Made by a program: the position numbers and the translations under genes. From contig OZ250165.1 of the NCBI GenBank assembly GCA_965238005.1, positions 4,128,001-4,192,000 of the forward strand: a stretch of 64,000 nucleotides of DNA, given 5' to 3'. The DNA is from Longimicrobiales bacterium. Its GTDB lineage: Bacteria; Gemmatimonadota; Gemmatimonadetes; Longimicrobiales; Gaopeijiaceae. This document shows, piece by piece, positions 1-9,506 of this stretch (the stretch's first letter is position 1; every line of letters begins with the position of its first letter). Under the pieces are notes generated by a model. It had not been told where the DNA came from, did no database searches, and saw only the letters and a program-made list of their open reading frames with translations.

Positions 1-68
1 GAACCCTAACCTATACCGGGTGTGAGGGCATTACAACGCGTCGCCATCAGAGGTCCCCGTCGGGCGCG

Positions 69-137
69 CCGGCGCCGTCCCGGGTCAGTCACCGGCGTTG
101 TCCCCGTTCAGTCACCGGCGCCGTTCCGGGTCAGCCG
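69..137. repeat. 3 x 23-bp imperfect tandem repeat
   Basis: ccggcgccgtcccgggtcagtca (69-91), ccggcgttgtccccgttcagtca (92-114), ccggcgccgttccgggtcagccg (115-137). Confidence 0.85.
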
Positions 138-2047
138 CCGCCACCGTCCTCCGGGCTGTCATCCGGCGCGGCGAACCCCATGATCTCCATGAGCCGAAGC
201 GCGTTCGTGGAGGTGGCGGTTCCCGGTCGGAGCCTGTAGTCGAAGGCGATGGGCGGGCCCCCTGCGCGCACTTCCAGAGACTCCCCGAAGTGGACGAAGA
301 CAGCTCGCTCCATCAGATCCGGTGCATCGGCCAGGGTGAGATCGTGGGTGGTCACGGCGCCGATGGTCTCCTGATCCAGGAGGTGACGTAGGATGCGGCG
401 GGCGGCGATCTGCCGCTCGGCGGTGTTCGTCCCCTGGAGGATCTCGTCGAGGAGGTAGAGGACCGGCACGTCCCGGGCGGCTCCGGCCGCCTCGGCCACC
501 GACTTGAGGCGCTGGAGCTCGGCCATGAAGTAGGAGATCCCCTCCTCCAGGGAGTCCCGGATGCGCATGCTGGTGCGAAGGTCGACGGTGGGGAGGCGCA
601 TGGACGCCGCGCAAACCGGTCCCCCGGCCCCGGCCAGGACCACGTTGGCGCCAAGGGCACGGAGAAGGGTGCTCTTGCCAGACATGTTTGAGCCCGTCAC
701 CAGGAGGAGGCTTCCGGGCGGCCCCACCTCCACGTCGTTCCGGACCGCCGTCTCGGGATTGAGGAGCGGGTGGCCCAGCTGCCCCCCGTCCAGGATCTTG
801 GGGTCGGTCCTTCCGACCTCGGGAAACACCCAGTCCGGATGGCAGTGTCCGAGCCCGGCCAGGGCCGAGAGGGCGTCTACGCGTCCCAGCGCCTCCATCC
901 AGCCACGGAGGTTCCTGCCATGGATCTCCTTCCAGCGCTCCATGCGCACGAGGATGTGAACGTCCCAGAGCGTCAACAGGTTCACGGGGAAGTGCACCTG
1001 CCCGTTGAAGCGGAGGTCCGACATCTCCATGAGGTGAAAGAGGCGAGCCAAGGCCTCGGCGGCCGCTTCCCCGTCTGGGGTAAGTTTTTCCCGGTGCTCG
1101 GTGAGCAGGGAGGCCTCGAAGCGCTGCTCCGCGATGCGGGCGATGAGCTCATGGTAGCGTCGCAGGCCCGTCTCTCCGTTCGAGGCGAGGGCGAAGTCCT
1201 CGTGGATTCGGCCGAAGAGCCGCTTCATGAGCAGCAGCGTGAGGCCCACGGGACCCATCCAGAGGAAGGGCGCCATGCCCGCGACGTGGATGCCGGTGGT
1301 GACGATCGTGGCCAGGGGCAGGACCACGGCCGCCCACATGACGGCGCGCTCCTCCACCAGCCAGGTGGGCGCTTCCGCCCACTCCAGGAGCCTGGCGATC
1401 TCCTTCATCTCCACGGGCCCGGCGATCCGTCCCGCGGCGTGGAGCTCGTCCCGGAACTCGATGGCCGGGGTCAGCTCCCGGACGGCGGCCTGGCGCTCCC
1501 GGACGGTGCTCACCGGGGCGGGGGCCAGGAGCCAGTCCACCAGCGTGTCCGCCCCTGGCCGGGTGGCGGTCGTGCCGAGCAGCGTGTAGAGGGAGGCGTG
1601 GCCGAAGACGTCCAGGTCGTCGGCGTAGGGATGGTTTTCCGGAGCCGCGGGGCTGGGCTGTTCCAGGCCGTCCCAGTTGCGGAGCCTGCGATAGCGGGCC
1701 TCACGGGCTACCTGGGCGAGCTCCGAGTGCCAGCGCTCGTGGCGACGGGCCCGACGGTGACGGACCACGAAGACGACGAAGAGCACCATGAGGAGCAGAC
1801 CCCCTCCGGTGAAGAGAGGCTTGGCGTCGGTGGCGAAGGCGTAGCCCACGAACGCCGCCGCACCCATGAGGAAGACCCACATCCGCTGCTGGGCCAGGGC
1901 GTCGGACCGCTCCCGCCAGCGGCCGGCGGCTCCGGTGGCCTCGGCCTCTCGGCGGCCGTAGGTCTCGAGTGGGTCCGGGTGTCCCTGGGGATCGGAAGGA
2001 GGAGGAGCGTGAGGGCGCTCCGCGACCGCCGGAGCCTCAGGAGCCAT
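131..2047 (-). CDS. Membrane-anchored MutS-related ATPase (MutS domain V only)
   Basis: Walker A TGSNMSGKST, SYFMAEL, LLDEILQGTN, TTHDL; hydrophobic TM segments in N-terminal half; no mismatch-recognition domain. Confidence 0.85.
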   Translation of the reverse strand: MAPEAPAVAERPHAPPPSDPQGHPDPLETYGRREAEATGAAGRWRERSDALAQQRMWVFLMGAAAFVGYAFATDAKPLFTGGGLLLMVLFVVFVVRHRRARRHERWHSELAQVAREARYRRLRNWDGLEQPSPAAPENHPYADDLDVFGHASLYTLLGTTATRPGADTLVDWLLAPAPVSTVRERQAAVRELTPAIEFRDELHAAGRIAGPVEMKEIARLLEWAEAPTWLVEERAVMWAAVVLPLATIVTTGIHVAGMAPFLWMGPVGLTLLLMKRLFGRIHEDFALASNGETGLRRYHELIARIAEQRFEASLLTEHREKLTPDGEAAAEALARLFHLMEMSDLRFNGQVHFPVNLLTLWDVHILVRMERWKEIHGRNLRGWMEALGRVDALSALAGLGHCHPDWVFPEVGRTDPKILDGGQLGHPLLNPETAVRNDVEVGPPGSLLLVTGSNMSGKSTLLRALGANVVLAGAGGPVCAASMRLPTVDLRTSMRIRDSLEEGISYFMAELQRLKSVAEAAGAARDVPVLYLLDEILQGTNTAERQIAARRILRHLLDQETIGAVTTHDLTLADAPDLMERAVFVHFGESLEVRAGGPPIAFDYRLRPGTATSTNALRLMEIMGFAAPDDSPEDGGGG

Positions 2048-3119
2048 TCGGTGCCGTCAGGCTCGACGCCGGGAGCAGATCGAAGGCATCGTCCACCCCC
2101 GCCACCCCCTCTGTGAGGTGCTCCACCGCGGCCCGGAGGCCGCCCGTTTCATCTAACAAGCCCTGGAAGTCCTGGAGTCGGTGATAGTACCGCATGCGGG
2201 CCATGAGGGTGGCGTTGTTGAGGGGCGTCACCAGAAAGCTCTGGAAGGTCATGGCCTCGAAGGACGGCTGCACCCGGTTCGCGAAGTCCTCGAGGTGGCC
2301 CTCGAACAGGCTTTGGCGCCGTTCCAGCTTCTCGTCGTAGGAGAGGGTCGTGTCGCGGTAGAGTTCCTGGAGCCCATCCACGAGCCTGTCGATGAACGTC
2401 GAAAAGCGCTGGTAGTCCCGCCAACGTGCCTGGGCACGCAGGCACTTCACCGTGTCGGGACCGCCGCCCTGGCGGTTGCAGAAGAACTCGATGGCACCGA
2501 CGCGGCCCACGAAGGTGGCGAAGCTCTCGTTGAACCCCACCTGGCCCCGGACGAAGAGGTGGGCGTGGGACAGCTCGTGGAGGACGGTCTCCACGAGATC
2601 GACCTCGTCGCGTCGCAGGAGCGTCGAGAGGAGTGGGTCCGCGAACCACCCCAGGGTGCTGAAGGCTGCGGTGGGACGCAGGTAGGTGTCGAAGCCGTCG
2701 TCTTCCAGCTCCTGCTGGTCCCGGAGGGCGTCGCCTTCGTTGAAGTACCCCTTGTATGGGACCCGGCCCACCACCGGGAACCACCACGTCTTGGAGGCGA
2801 AGCGGTCCCTCGTTGCCGCCGAGAGGACCAGGGCCAGCGTGTCCTTGTCCAGCTGGGTGAACGACGTGTACGAGTCACCCACCTTCAGCCCCAGAACCTC
2901 GATGGCGTGCTGCCGGGCCTCCACCACGAATGTCAGCTTCGCCTTGGTCCTCTCGTCGGTCTCGGGATCCAGGATCACCTCGTGGAGCGGCTGCCGGGCC
3001 CGGAGGATCTTCGCCTCGGCGATGCCCGCCTTGATCACGTACATAGGCGAGCACGCCGAGACGATGAGGGCCACGACTCCGAGGCCCACGAAGAAGCGGG
3101 TCCACGACCAGCGAGGCAC
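2037..3119 (-). CDS. Putative zinc aminopeptidase lipoprotein
   Basis: Lipobox-like VSAC, WWFPVVGRVPYKGYF, AFSTLGWFADP, HELSH (HExxH) and downstream FNESFA. Confidence 0.8.
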   Translation of the reverse strand: MPRWSWTRFFVGLGVVALIVSACSPMYVIKAGIAEAKILRARQPLHEVILDPETDERTKAKLTFVVEARQHAIEVLGLKVGDSYTSFTQLDKDTLALVLSAATRDRFASKTWWFPVVGRVPYKGYFNEGDALRDQQELEDDGFDTYLRPTAAFSTLGWFADPLLSTLLRRDEVDLVETVLHELSHAHLFVRGQVGFNESFATFVGRVGAIEFFCNRQGGGPDTVKCLRAQARWRDYQRFSTFIDRLVDGLQELYRDTTLSYDEKLERRQSLFEGHLEDFANRVQPSFEAMTFQSFLVTPLNNATLMARMRYYHRLQDFQGLLDETGGLRAAVEHLTEGVAGVDDAFDLLPASSLTAPNGS

Positions 3120-3155
3120 GGTGTTACCGGCTTCCGTCTGAATCGGGGCGCACCG

Positions 3156-4049
3156 CTACCGGCCGCCGCCGCCCAGGTTACGCATCAGGGGGATGCCGCC
3201 CTCGGTGGGCACGTATACCACAGACCCCCCGGGGAGCTCACTGAGTTGCTCGATGTAGTAGAACATCAGGTACTCGGGCGTGAGACCCGCGGAGATGATT
3301 CTCTGCGCCTCGGCGATCCCCTTGGCCTCTTCGATCTGCTGCTGCGCCCGCTCCTGGATGATCTCCGTCTGGAATTTCTCCGCGGCCACGTTCTGCTCAC
3401 GCTGGAGCTTCTCGTCGATGGCCTGGCGCACGGCCGTCGGAGCCTGCACGTCCCTGAGGAAGACCTCCACGACCTCGATGCGGTCGCCGGCCTTCTCCTG
3501 GATGGCCTGCTTCGTGGCGGTGGCGACCTCACGACGGTCGGGGGAGAAGATCTGGTTGATGGACTTGGTGGCCACCGCGTCGCGGACGCCGTTGCGGATG
3601 GCGTTCAGGACGATGCTCCTCTTGATCTGGAGCTCCGAACCGATGCGGTCGAACAGGTCGGGGGCCCTGGCCGGATCGATCCTGAAGAGGAGCGATACCT
3701 CCATGGCCACGTTCATCTGCTCGCTCGTCTGGGCCTCGATCTGCTCCACGCCTCCGCTCTCGGGATAGCTCTGCTCCCGGACGGACATCTTCTCTACCGT
3801 GGCCAGAGGGTTGATGATGTGAACTCCCTGCACCAGCGGCGTGCGATCGACCTGCCCCAGAAAGTGCTTTACGCCCACCTCTCCGACGCCGATGACGACC
3901 ACGGCGTTAAGGCCGGCGGCGGCGATGCCACCCAACATCAGGCCGTAGCCGAGGAGCTTCGACTTGCCCCGGTCCCCAACGGACGGTCCTACTACGAGCA
4001 CGGCCGCACCCGCGACGATGATGAGTATGGCTAGCATCATGGATGCCAT
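3156..4049 (-). CDS. SPFH/prohibitin (band 7) family protein
   Basis: Two N-terminal TM helices, GEVGV, EAKGIAEAQRII coiled coil; ATG at 4049 preceded by GGAGG. Confidence 0.85.
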   Translation of the reverse strand: MASMMLAILIIVAGAAVLVVGPSVGDRGKSKLLGYGLMLGGIAAAGLNAVVVIGVGEVGVKHFLGQVDRTPLVQGVHIINPLATVEKMSVREQSYPESGGVEQIEAQTSEQMNVAMEVSLLFRIDPARAPDLFDRIGSELQIKRSIVLNAIRNGVRDAVATKSINQIFSPDRREVATATKQAIQEKAGDRIEVVEVFLRDVQAPTAVRQAIDEKLQREQNVAAEKFQTEIIQERAQQQIEEAKGIAEAQRIISAGLTPEYLMFYYIEQLSELPGGSVVYVPTEGGIPLMRNLGGGGR

Positions 4050-4245
4050 GAGAATCCTCCTATGGACGAAGAGTTGGCGCTCTCGGTGACAGGTGGGCTG
4101 TTTCTCTTGCCCTCTCCAGAGGTACGAGCGGCCGCACCCCACTTCTTCAACAGGCCTCTAAGGCGCGACGGTGACTGATAATGTACGCCTGCCATCCTCT
4201 GGGAGTAGCCTTGTTAAGGGATGACGTCTGACCCATCGTCCGCGC

Positions 4246-5550
4246 ATGCCACTGGCTCAGCTGCTCTATCGAGCCCTGCTTCGGGGCTTCAGGGTCGTGT
4301 CTCCGGCGATGATGTGGGGGTCGTCCAAGCTCTCCCGGGGGCTCCGTGGGCGGCGTCGCGCGCACCGAACCCTCATCGAGTGGGGCGATTCGACACGAGA
4401 CCCGGCCCGACCCGTGGTCTGGCTCCACGCCTCGTCCGTGGGTGAGGCCCTCCAGGCCAAGGCCGTCCTGGAGGCCCTCAGGGAGCGAACCCCCGACCTC
4501 CAGGCCGTGTTCACGTTCTTCTCGCCCTCGGCCGAAGCTCTGGCCGAGCGCTTCCCGGCCGACGTCTCGGCGTACCTCCCCTGGGATCTGCCCGAGGTCA
4601 TGGGCAAGGTCCTGGATGCCGTTCGTCCTTCGCTCGTCCTGTTCACCCAGAAGGAGGTATGGCCCTCGCTCGCGGGGGCGGCTACGGCCAGGGGCATTCC
4701 CTCGGTCCTGGTCGCCGCGACGTTGCCGAAGGATGCCGGACGGCTCAGCGGGACCGGCAAGGTGCTGCTGGGCCCGGCGTTTGGTCGTCTCGACTGCGTA
4801 GCGGCTATCTCGCCGGCCGACGGTGAGCGCTTCCAGCTGCTCCAGGTCCCTCGCGATCGCATCGTCGTAACCGGAGATCCAGGGGTCGACTCCGCCTGTG
4901 GCCGGGTGGCTGCCGCGGACCCGGAAGCCTCGCACCTCAGGCTCTTCCAGGATGGGTCGGGACCGGTCCTCGTGGCCGGGTCCACCTGGGGCTCCGACGA
5001 GGACGTTCTGGTCCCCGCTCTGGCCCGCATCCGTCGTGGTAGGCCCGACCTCCGAATCGTCCTGGCACCCCACGAGCCGAGGGGGTGGGACTTTGAGGGC
5101 CTTCGTACGCGCTTGTCCGCGGAAGGGTGGTCGCCGACGCTTCTGAAGGAGGCCGAAGATCGGGGTCGACTGGACGGCGCCGACGCCGTGCTGGTGGAGC
5201 GGGTAGGGGTTCTGGCCGAGCTTTACACCGTGGCGTCCATGGCCTATGTGGGCGGAGGCTTCCACGGCCATGGCCTCCACTCCGTCCTCGAGCCGGCCGC
5301 TGCCGGCGCGCCCGTGCTCTTCGGGCCGCGGCACCAGAACTCCCTTGCGGCGTCACGTCTGCTTGCATGCGGGGGAGCCAGGACGGTGTCCGACGTCGAT
5401 GCCCTCGTCGCCGCCCTCGAGGAGTGGCTGGAGGACCCCGAGAAACTCCAGAGGGACGGCCGGCGGGCCTTGGACTATATTGAGGAGCATCGGGGGGCGG
5501 CCGGCCGAACGGCGGACCTGCTCACCGAACACTTCCCGGAGCAACCATGA
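4246..5550 (+). CDS. waaA: 3-deoxy-D-manno-octulosonic acid (Kdo) transferase
   Basis: WLHASSVGE, YLPWD, VAGSTW, LAPHEP, YVGGGF, SVLEPAAAGAPVLFGP. Confidence 0.9.
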   Translation: MPLAQLLYRALLRGFRVVSPAMMWGSSKLSRGLRGRRRAHRTLIEWGDSTRDPARPVVWLHASSVGEALQAKAVLEALRERTPDLQAVFTFFSPSAEALAERFPADVSAYLPWDLPEVMGKVLDAVRPSLVLFTQKEVWPSLAGAATARGIPSVLVAATLPKDAGRLSGTGKVLLGPAFGRLDCVAAISPADGERFQLLQVPRDRIVVTGDPGVDSACGRVAAADPEASHLRLFQDGSGPVLVAGSTWGSDEDVLVPALARIRRGRPDLRIVLAPHEPRGWDFEGLRTRLSAEGWSPTLLKEAEDRGRLDGADAVLVERVGVLAELYTVASMAYVGGGFHGHGLHSVLEPAAAGAPVLFGPRHQNSLAASRLLACGGARTVSDVDALVAALEEWLEDPEKLQRDGRRALDYIEEHRGAAGRTADLLTEHFPEQP

Positions 5551-7250
5551 CGAGGAGCTCCTCGCGGAGGACACGCCGCATCTTGCCAACGAATCGACCG
5601 CCGCCGCTCATGGCGGGGGTGGCCATCCTCATGGTCTCCTGTGTTGGCGAGTCCCAACCCGCTTCGGATGGTGAGGGGCGCACGGCCGATCCTCCCGTCG
5701 CTACGGAGGCGCGGGAGCCCGACGCACCGGGATCGGCCACCTCCGAATCCGAGCTTCCACCGCCTCCCGGATCCTGGATGGATGTTGAGGCGAGCGTAGT
5801 GGCCACCGAGGGTGGCTCGGGCGATGCGGGTAGCGCTCCCCGCGCGCAGGGAGCTGATGTGGACGGCGGCGGTTCGGGCGAGGCCGGCGAAGCTCGCTCC
5901 AGTGACGGCGAGAGCCCCGCGGAGGCCGCCGGCGATCCGGGCTCGGCGGACGAGCCGGACTCGACGGACGGGCCGGACTCGACGGACGGGCCGGATGCGA
6001 CCGACGAGCTCCAGGAGGTCCAGACTTTTCCGGCCCCCACGGCGACAACCGGCGAGGGGAGTCCTGTCGCCCGGCTGGTCCTCCCGGAGGAGCCGCTGAG
6101 CTTCACCAGGCCAGAGGCGGTACGCGGCATCTACCTGAACGCGTGGGCCGCCGGATCCCGGCTCCGCTCCCAGAACCTCATCGATCTCGCGAAGCGAACC
6201 GAGCTCAATACCTTCGTCATCGACCTCAAGGACGCGAGCGGCTACGTGAGCTACCCGACCCAGGTGATGTTCGCCCGGGAGGTGGGCGCCGATCAGGAGA
6301 TCCGCATTCGGGACCTGGTCGGGCTTCTCGAGCGCCTCCATGAGGCCGACATCTACCCCATCGCCCGGATCGTCATCGTCAAGGACGCCCTCCTCATCGG
6401 CGCTCGCCCGGATCTGGCCGTGCAGGACACGGCCGGCGGCGTCTGGGTCGACGACAAGGGCCTGATCTGGGCCAATCTCTACAACCGTGCCGTCTGGGAC
6501 TACCACGTGGCCTTGGCCAAGGAAGCCGCCGCTGTAGGCTTCCCGGAGATCCAATGGGATTACCTGCGCTTCCCCGACGCGCCCGAGGAAGAGCTGAACC
6601 GGGCCTGGTATCCGGGGCAGGGCGCGCGAACGCGAACCATGACGGTCCTGGAATTCCTGGAGTACGCTCGTCAGGAGCTGGCGGAGTGGGACGTGAACCT
6701 GACCGCCGACGTCTTCGGCGTGACCACATCCGCCCACACCGATGTAGGCATCGGCCAGCTCTGGGAGGACTTCATCGGGGCGGTCGACGTCGCCCTCCCC
6801 ATGGTGTACCCGTCCCATTACTGGGTCGGCAGCTTCGACATCGAAGATCCCAACGGTCACCCGTACGAGGTGGTGCTCAAGGCCCTCAGGGACGGGGTCA
6901 AGCGCTCCGCCGAGATCGAGGGCGCGGGGGCGACCCGCCCCTGGCTCCAGGACTTCACCTTGGGACCGCCCATCTACGGAGCACCGGAGGTCCGGGCCCA
7001 GATCCAGGCTACTTACGACGCGGGCATCGATGAGTGGCTCCTGTGGAATCCCTCGAGCCGTTACAGCGAAGCGGCCCTCGCTCCTGCGGGTGGCTACCCC
7101 GAGGGCACCGAGCCCACCATTAGGGTTGGGGGCAAGATCGTCCCGGTCTCGGAGCGTGCCGCCGCCATGGAGGCGGAGCGGATAATCCGTGCTGCCGCGG
7201 ACAGTGTGGCGAACGTCATGGCCGAAGATACGGTGGGGATTCGGCGCTGA
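5547..7250 (+). CDS. Putative glycoside hydrolase lipoprotein (DUF4015-like) with acidic N-terminal linker
   Basis: Lipobox MVSC; VRGIYL, NTFVIDLKD, EIQWDYLRFPD, PMVYPSHY, RPWLQDF; ATGA overlap with waaA. Confidence 0.75.
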   Translation: MTRSSSRRTRRILPTNRPPPLMAGVAILMVSCVGESQPASDGEGRTADPPVATEAREPDAPGSATSESELPPPPGSWMDVEASVVATEGGSGDAGSAPRAQGADVDGGGSGEAGEARSSDGESPAEAAGDPGSADEPDSTDGPDSTDGPDATDELQEVQTFPAPTATTGEGSPVARLVLPEEPLSFTRPEAVRGIYLNAWAAGSRLRSQNLIDLAKRTELNTFVIDLKDASGYVSYPTQVMFAREVGADQEIRIRDLVGLLERLHEADIYPIARIVIVKDALLIGARPDLAVQDTAGGVWVDDKGLIWANLYNRAVWDYHVALAKEAAAVGFPEIQWDYLRFPDAPEEELNRAWYPGQGARTRTMTVLEFLEYARQELAEWDVNLTADVFGVTTSAHTDVGIGQLWEDFIGAVDVALPMVYPSHYWVGSFDIEDPNGHPYEVVLKALRDGVKRSAEIEGAGATRPWLQDFTLGPPIYGAPEVRAQIQATYDAGIDEWLLWNPSSRYSEAALAPAGGYPEGTEPTIRVGGKIVPVSERAAAMEAERIIRAAADSVANVMAEDTVGIRR

Positions 7251-7252
7251 CC

Positions 7253-7424
7253 TAGTGTGGTGTCCCAGAAGTTCGCGAGCCACCGAGGGTGCCGAGGCGC
7301 AGGGCCGGATGCATCGGTGGTCGAGCCGAGCGACCTTCATGCTCGTCGTGAGCGCCGAGTTGACCGCGAGACGATCGAGCGCAGCGAGATCAATGGCCGA
7401 GACACTTCTGGGACACCACACTTA
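7253..7424. mobile_element. Miniature inverted-repeat element (MITE-like), copy 1
   Basis: Perfect 19-bp TIR AGTGTGGTGTCCCAGAAGT (7254-7272) / ACTTCTGGGACACCACACT (7404-7422), TA at both edges, between convergent stop codons. Confidence 0.8.
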
Positions 7425-9314
7425 GGATCTGGCGGCGGGCAGGCTCCTGGCGAACTGTAGCTCGTGGAGCCGGGCGTAGAGGCCCTCCCTCTCGAGCAGC
7501 TCCTCGTGGCTGCCCTCCTCACAGAGCTCCCCGTGATGGAGAACGATGATGCGGTCGGCTCTCTGAACGGTGGAGAGTCGGTGGGCGATCACCACCGATG
7601 TCCGTCCCGCCATGAGCTCGCTGGTGGCCCGCTCGATCTGGGCCTCGATCTCCGAGTCCACCGAGCTGGTGGCCTCGTCGAGGACCAGAACCTGTGGATC
7701 GAAAGCCAGGGCACGGGCGAATGATACGAGCTGGCGCTCGCCCACCGAGAGCGTCGAGCCCCTCTCTCCCAGCTCCTGGTCGTATCCGTTGGGCAGGCGC
7801 GCGATGAAGGGCGCGGCGCCGACACGCTTGGCGGCCGCCCGAATACGCTCCTCCGAGATGTCGCTCGATCCGAGCCGGATGTTGTAGGACACGTCCTGGC
7901 TGAAGAGGAAGACATCCTGGAGGACGAGGCCGATATGGGCCCGCAGCTCCTCCAGCCCGATCTCCTCGATAGGCACCCCATCCAGGCGAATCCGGCCTCT
8001 CTGCGGCTCGTAGAAGCGCATGAGGAGATTGATGAGAGTTGTCTTGCCCGCTCCCGTGTGGCCCACGATGGCGAGGCGCTCTCCGGGCCTGGCCTGGAAG
8101 CTGACCGCCTCGAGGACCCAGTCCCACTCGTCGTCCTCGTCTTTGCCATAGGCGAACCAGACGTCCTCGAAGTCGATCTGGCCCTGGATGGGTGTGGGGA
8201 GCGGGGTCGGCACCGCCGGACCGGCGATCTCGATCTCGCGGTCCAGCAACTTGAAGATCCGTTCCGACGAGGCCATGGCCCCCTGGAGCAGGTTGTACTT
8301 CTCCGAGAGGTCCTGGATAGGACGGAAGAAGCGACGGGCGTACTGCAGAAAGGCCGCCAGCACACCCACCGTCACGGTCCCCTGAAGGATCGACGCTCCC
8401 CCCCGCCAGATGATCAGGGCCAGGGCGATGGCCGTGAAGAGCTCGATGACGGGGAAGAAGAGGGCGTAGTACGTTATGGAGCGCAGGTGCGCGTCCAGGT
8501 AATCCTGATTGATCTCGGCGTGCCTACGGGCGTCGGCCTCTTCGCGGTTGAAGAGCCTCACGACGGCGATCCCGGTGAAGCGCTCGTGCAGGTACGAGTT
8601 GAGGACGGCCAGCCGCAACCGGATGTCGCGGTAGGCGGCACGGATCTTGGCTCGGAAGAGGAAGGCGGTCAAAGCGACGAAAGGCAGGACGCTGAAGGTC
8701 ACCAGGGCGAGCTTCCAGTCCATGTAGAGCATGGCGGCCAGGATGAACCCCAGCGTAAAAACGTCTCCGAACACTGCCACCACGCCCGAGCTGAAGAGCT
8801 CGTTCAGCGTCTCGACGTCGCTGGTGAGGCGGGTCATGAGGCGGCCCACCGGATTCCGGTCGTAGAAGCGCAGGTCCAGGCGCTGGAGCTTGGCGAAGAT
8901 CTCCGTCCGGAGGTCGTACATGACCCGCTGGCCGAGCCAGGTGGTGAGGACAGTCTGCCCGTACATGAGGGAGACGCCGCCGATGATGGCGGCCACGTAC
9001 GCTCCTGCCAGCTTGGCCAGCAGCGGGGCGTCGCCGTTGGGGATGGCTTCGTCCAAGGCGATCCGGGTGAGCCACGGACCCACCACCTGCAGGAGCGACG
9101 CGACCATCAGAACTGCAACGGCCAGGACGACGTACCACCGGTAGAGCTTCAGGTACTCCAGGAGCCGCTTCATCAGGCGGGCGTCGTATGCCTTCCCCAG
9201 CGCCTCCTCTTCCTGGTAGGGTCCCTGCGGTCCCTGCACTCGTCCTCCCTCCTGGCCGTGGTGGGGGGCGGGGTGAGGGGTTCGGCCTACCCGGTGTCGA
9301 GAGGCGAGTTCCAC
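7422..9314 (-). CDS. ABC transporter, fused permease/ATP-binding exporter
   Basis: TM domain then GHTGAGKT, LSVGERQL, LVLDEATSS, IAHRLST; start uncertain (may be near 9239). Confidence 0.9.
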   Translation of the reverse strand: MELASRHRVGRTPHPAPHHGQEGGRVQGPQGPYQEEEALGKAYDARLMKRLLEYLKLYRWYVVLAVAVLMVASLLQVVGPWLTRIALDEAIPNGDAPLLAKLAGAYVAAIIGGVSLMYGQTVLTTWLGQRVMYDLRTEIFAKLQRLDLRFYDRNPVGRLMTRLTSDVETLNELFSSGVVAVFGDVFTLGFILAAMLYMDWKLALVTFSVLPFVALTAFLFRAKIRAAYRDIRLRLAVLNSYLHERFTGIAVVRLFNREEADARRHAEINQDYLDAHLRSITYYALFFPVIELFTAIALALIIWRGGASILQGTVTVGVLAAFLQYARRFFRPIQDLSEKYNLLQGAMASSERIFKLLDREIEIAGPAVPTPLPTPIQGQIDFEDVWFAYGKDEDDEWDWVLEAVSFQARPGERLAIVGHTGAGKTTLINLLMRFYEPQRGRIRLDGVPIEEIGLEELRAHIGLVLQDVFLFSQDVSYNIRLGSSDISEERIRAAAKRVGAAPFIARLPNGYDQELGERGSTLSVGERQLVSFARALAFDPQVLVLDEATSSVDSEIEAQIERATSELMAGRTSVVIAHRLSTVQRADRIIVLHHGELCEEGSHEELLEREGLYARLHELQFARSLPAARS

Positions 9315-9331
9315 GGTTCGGCCGAGTCCGT

Positions 9332-9497
9332 TAGTGTCCCGTTGCCGAAGTGTCTCGGCCAGTCGAGGGCACGGTGCATCCGTGGGTTCGGCGTTGGGAC
9401 TCCTTGCCGTAGCTTTCGCTACGCCGCGTCGTCCCGCCTTGATCCCTCGGCGCCCCGACCCTCTTTGTGGCTCGCGAACTTCGGCAACGGAACACTA
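9332..9497. mobile_element. Miniature inverted-repeat element (MITE-like), copy 2
   Basis: TAGTGTCCCGTTGCCGAAGT (9332-9351) / ACTTCGGCAACGGAACACTA (9478-9497), 19 of 20 complementary; shares subterminal motifs with copy 1. Confidence 0.8.
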
Positions 9498-9506
9498 GAA
9501 TCACCC

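Noticed and set aside
7935..9506. 524-aa N-terminal extension of UvrA in the ORF track
   Set aside because: Antisense shadow of the ABC gene plus the MITE; UvrA homology begins at 9507
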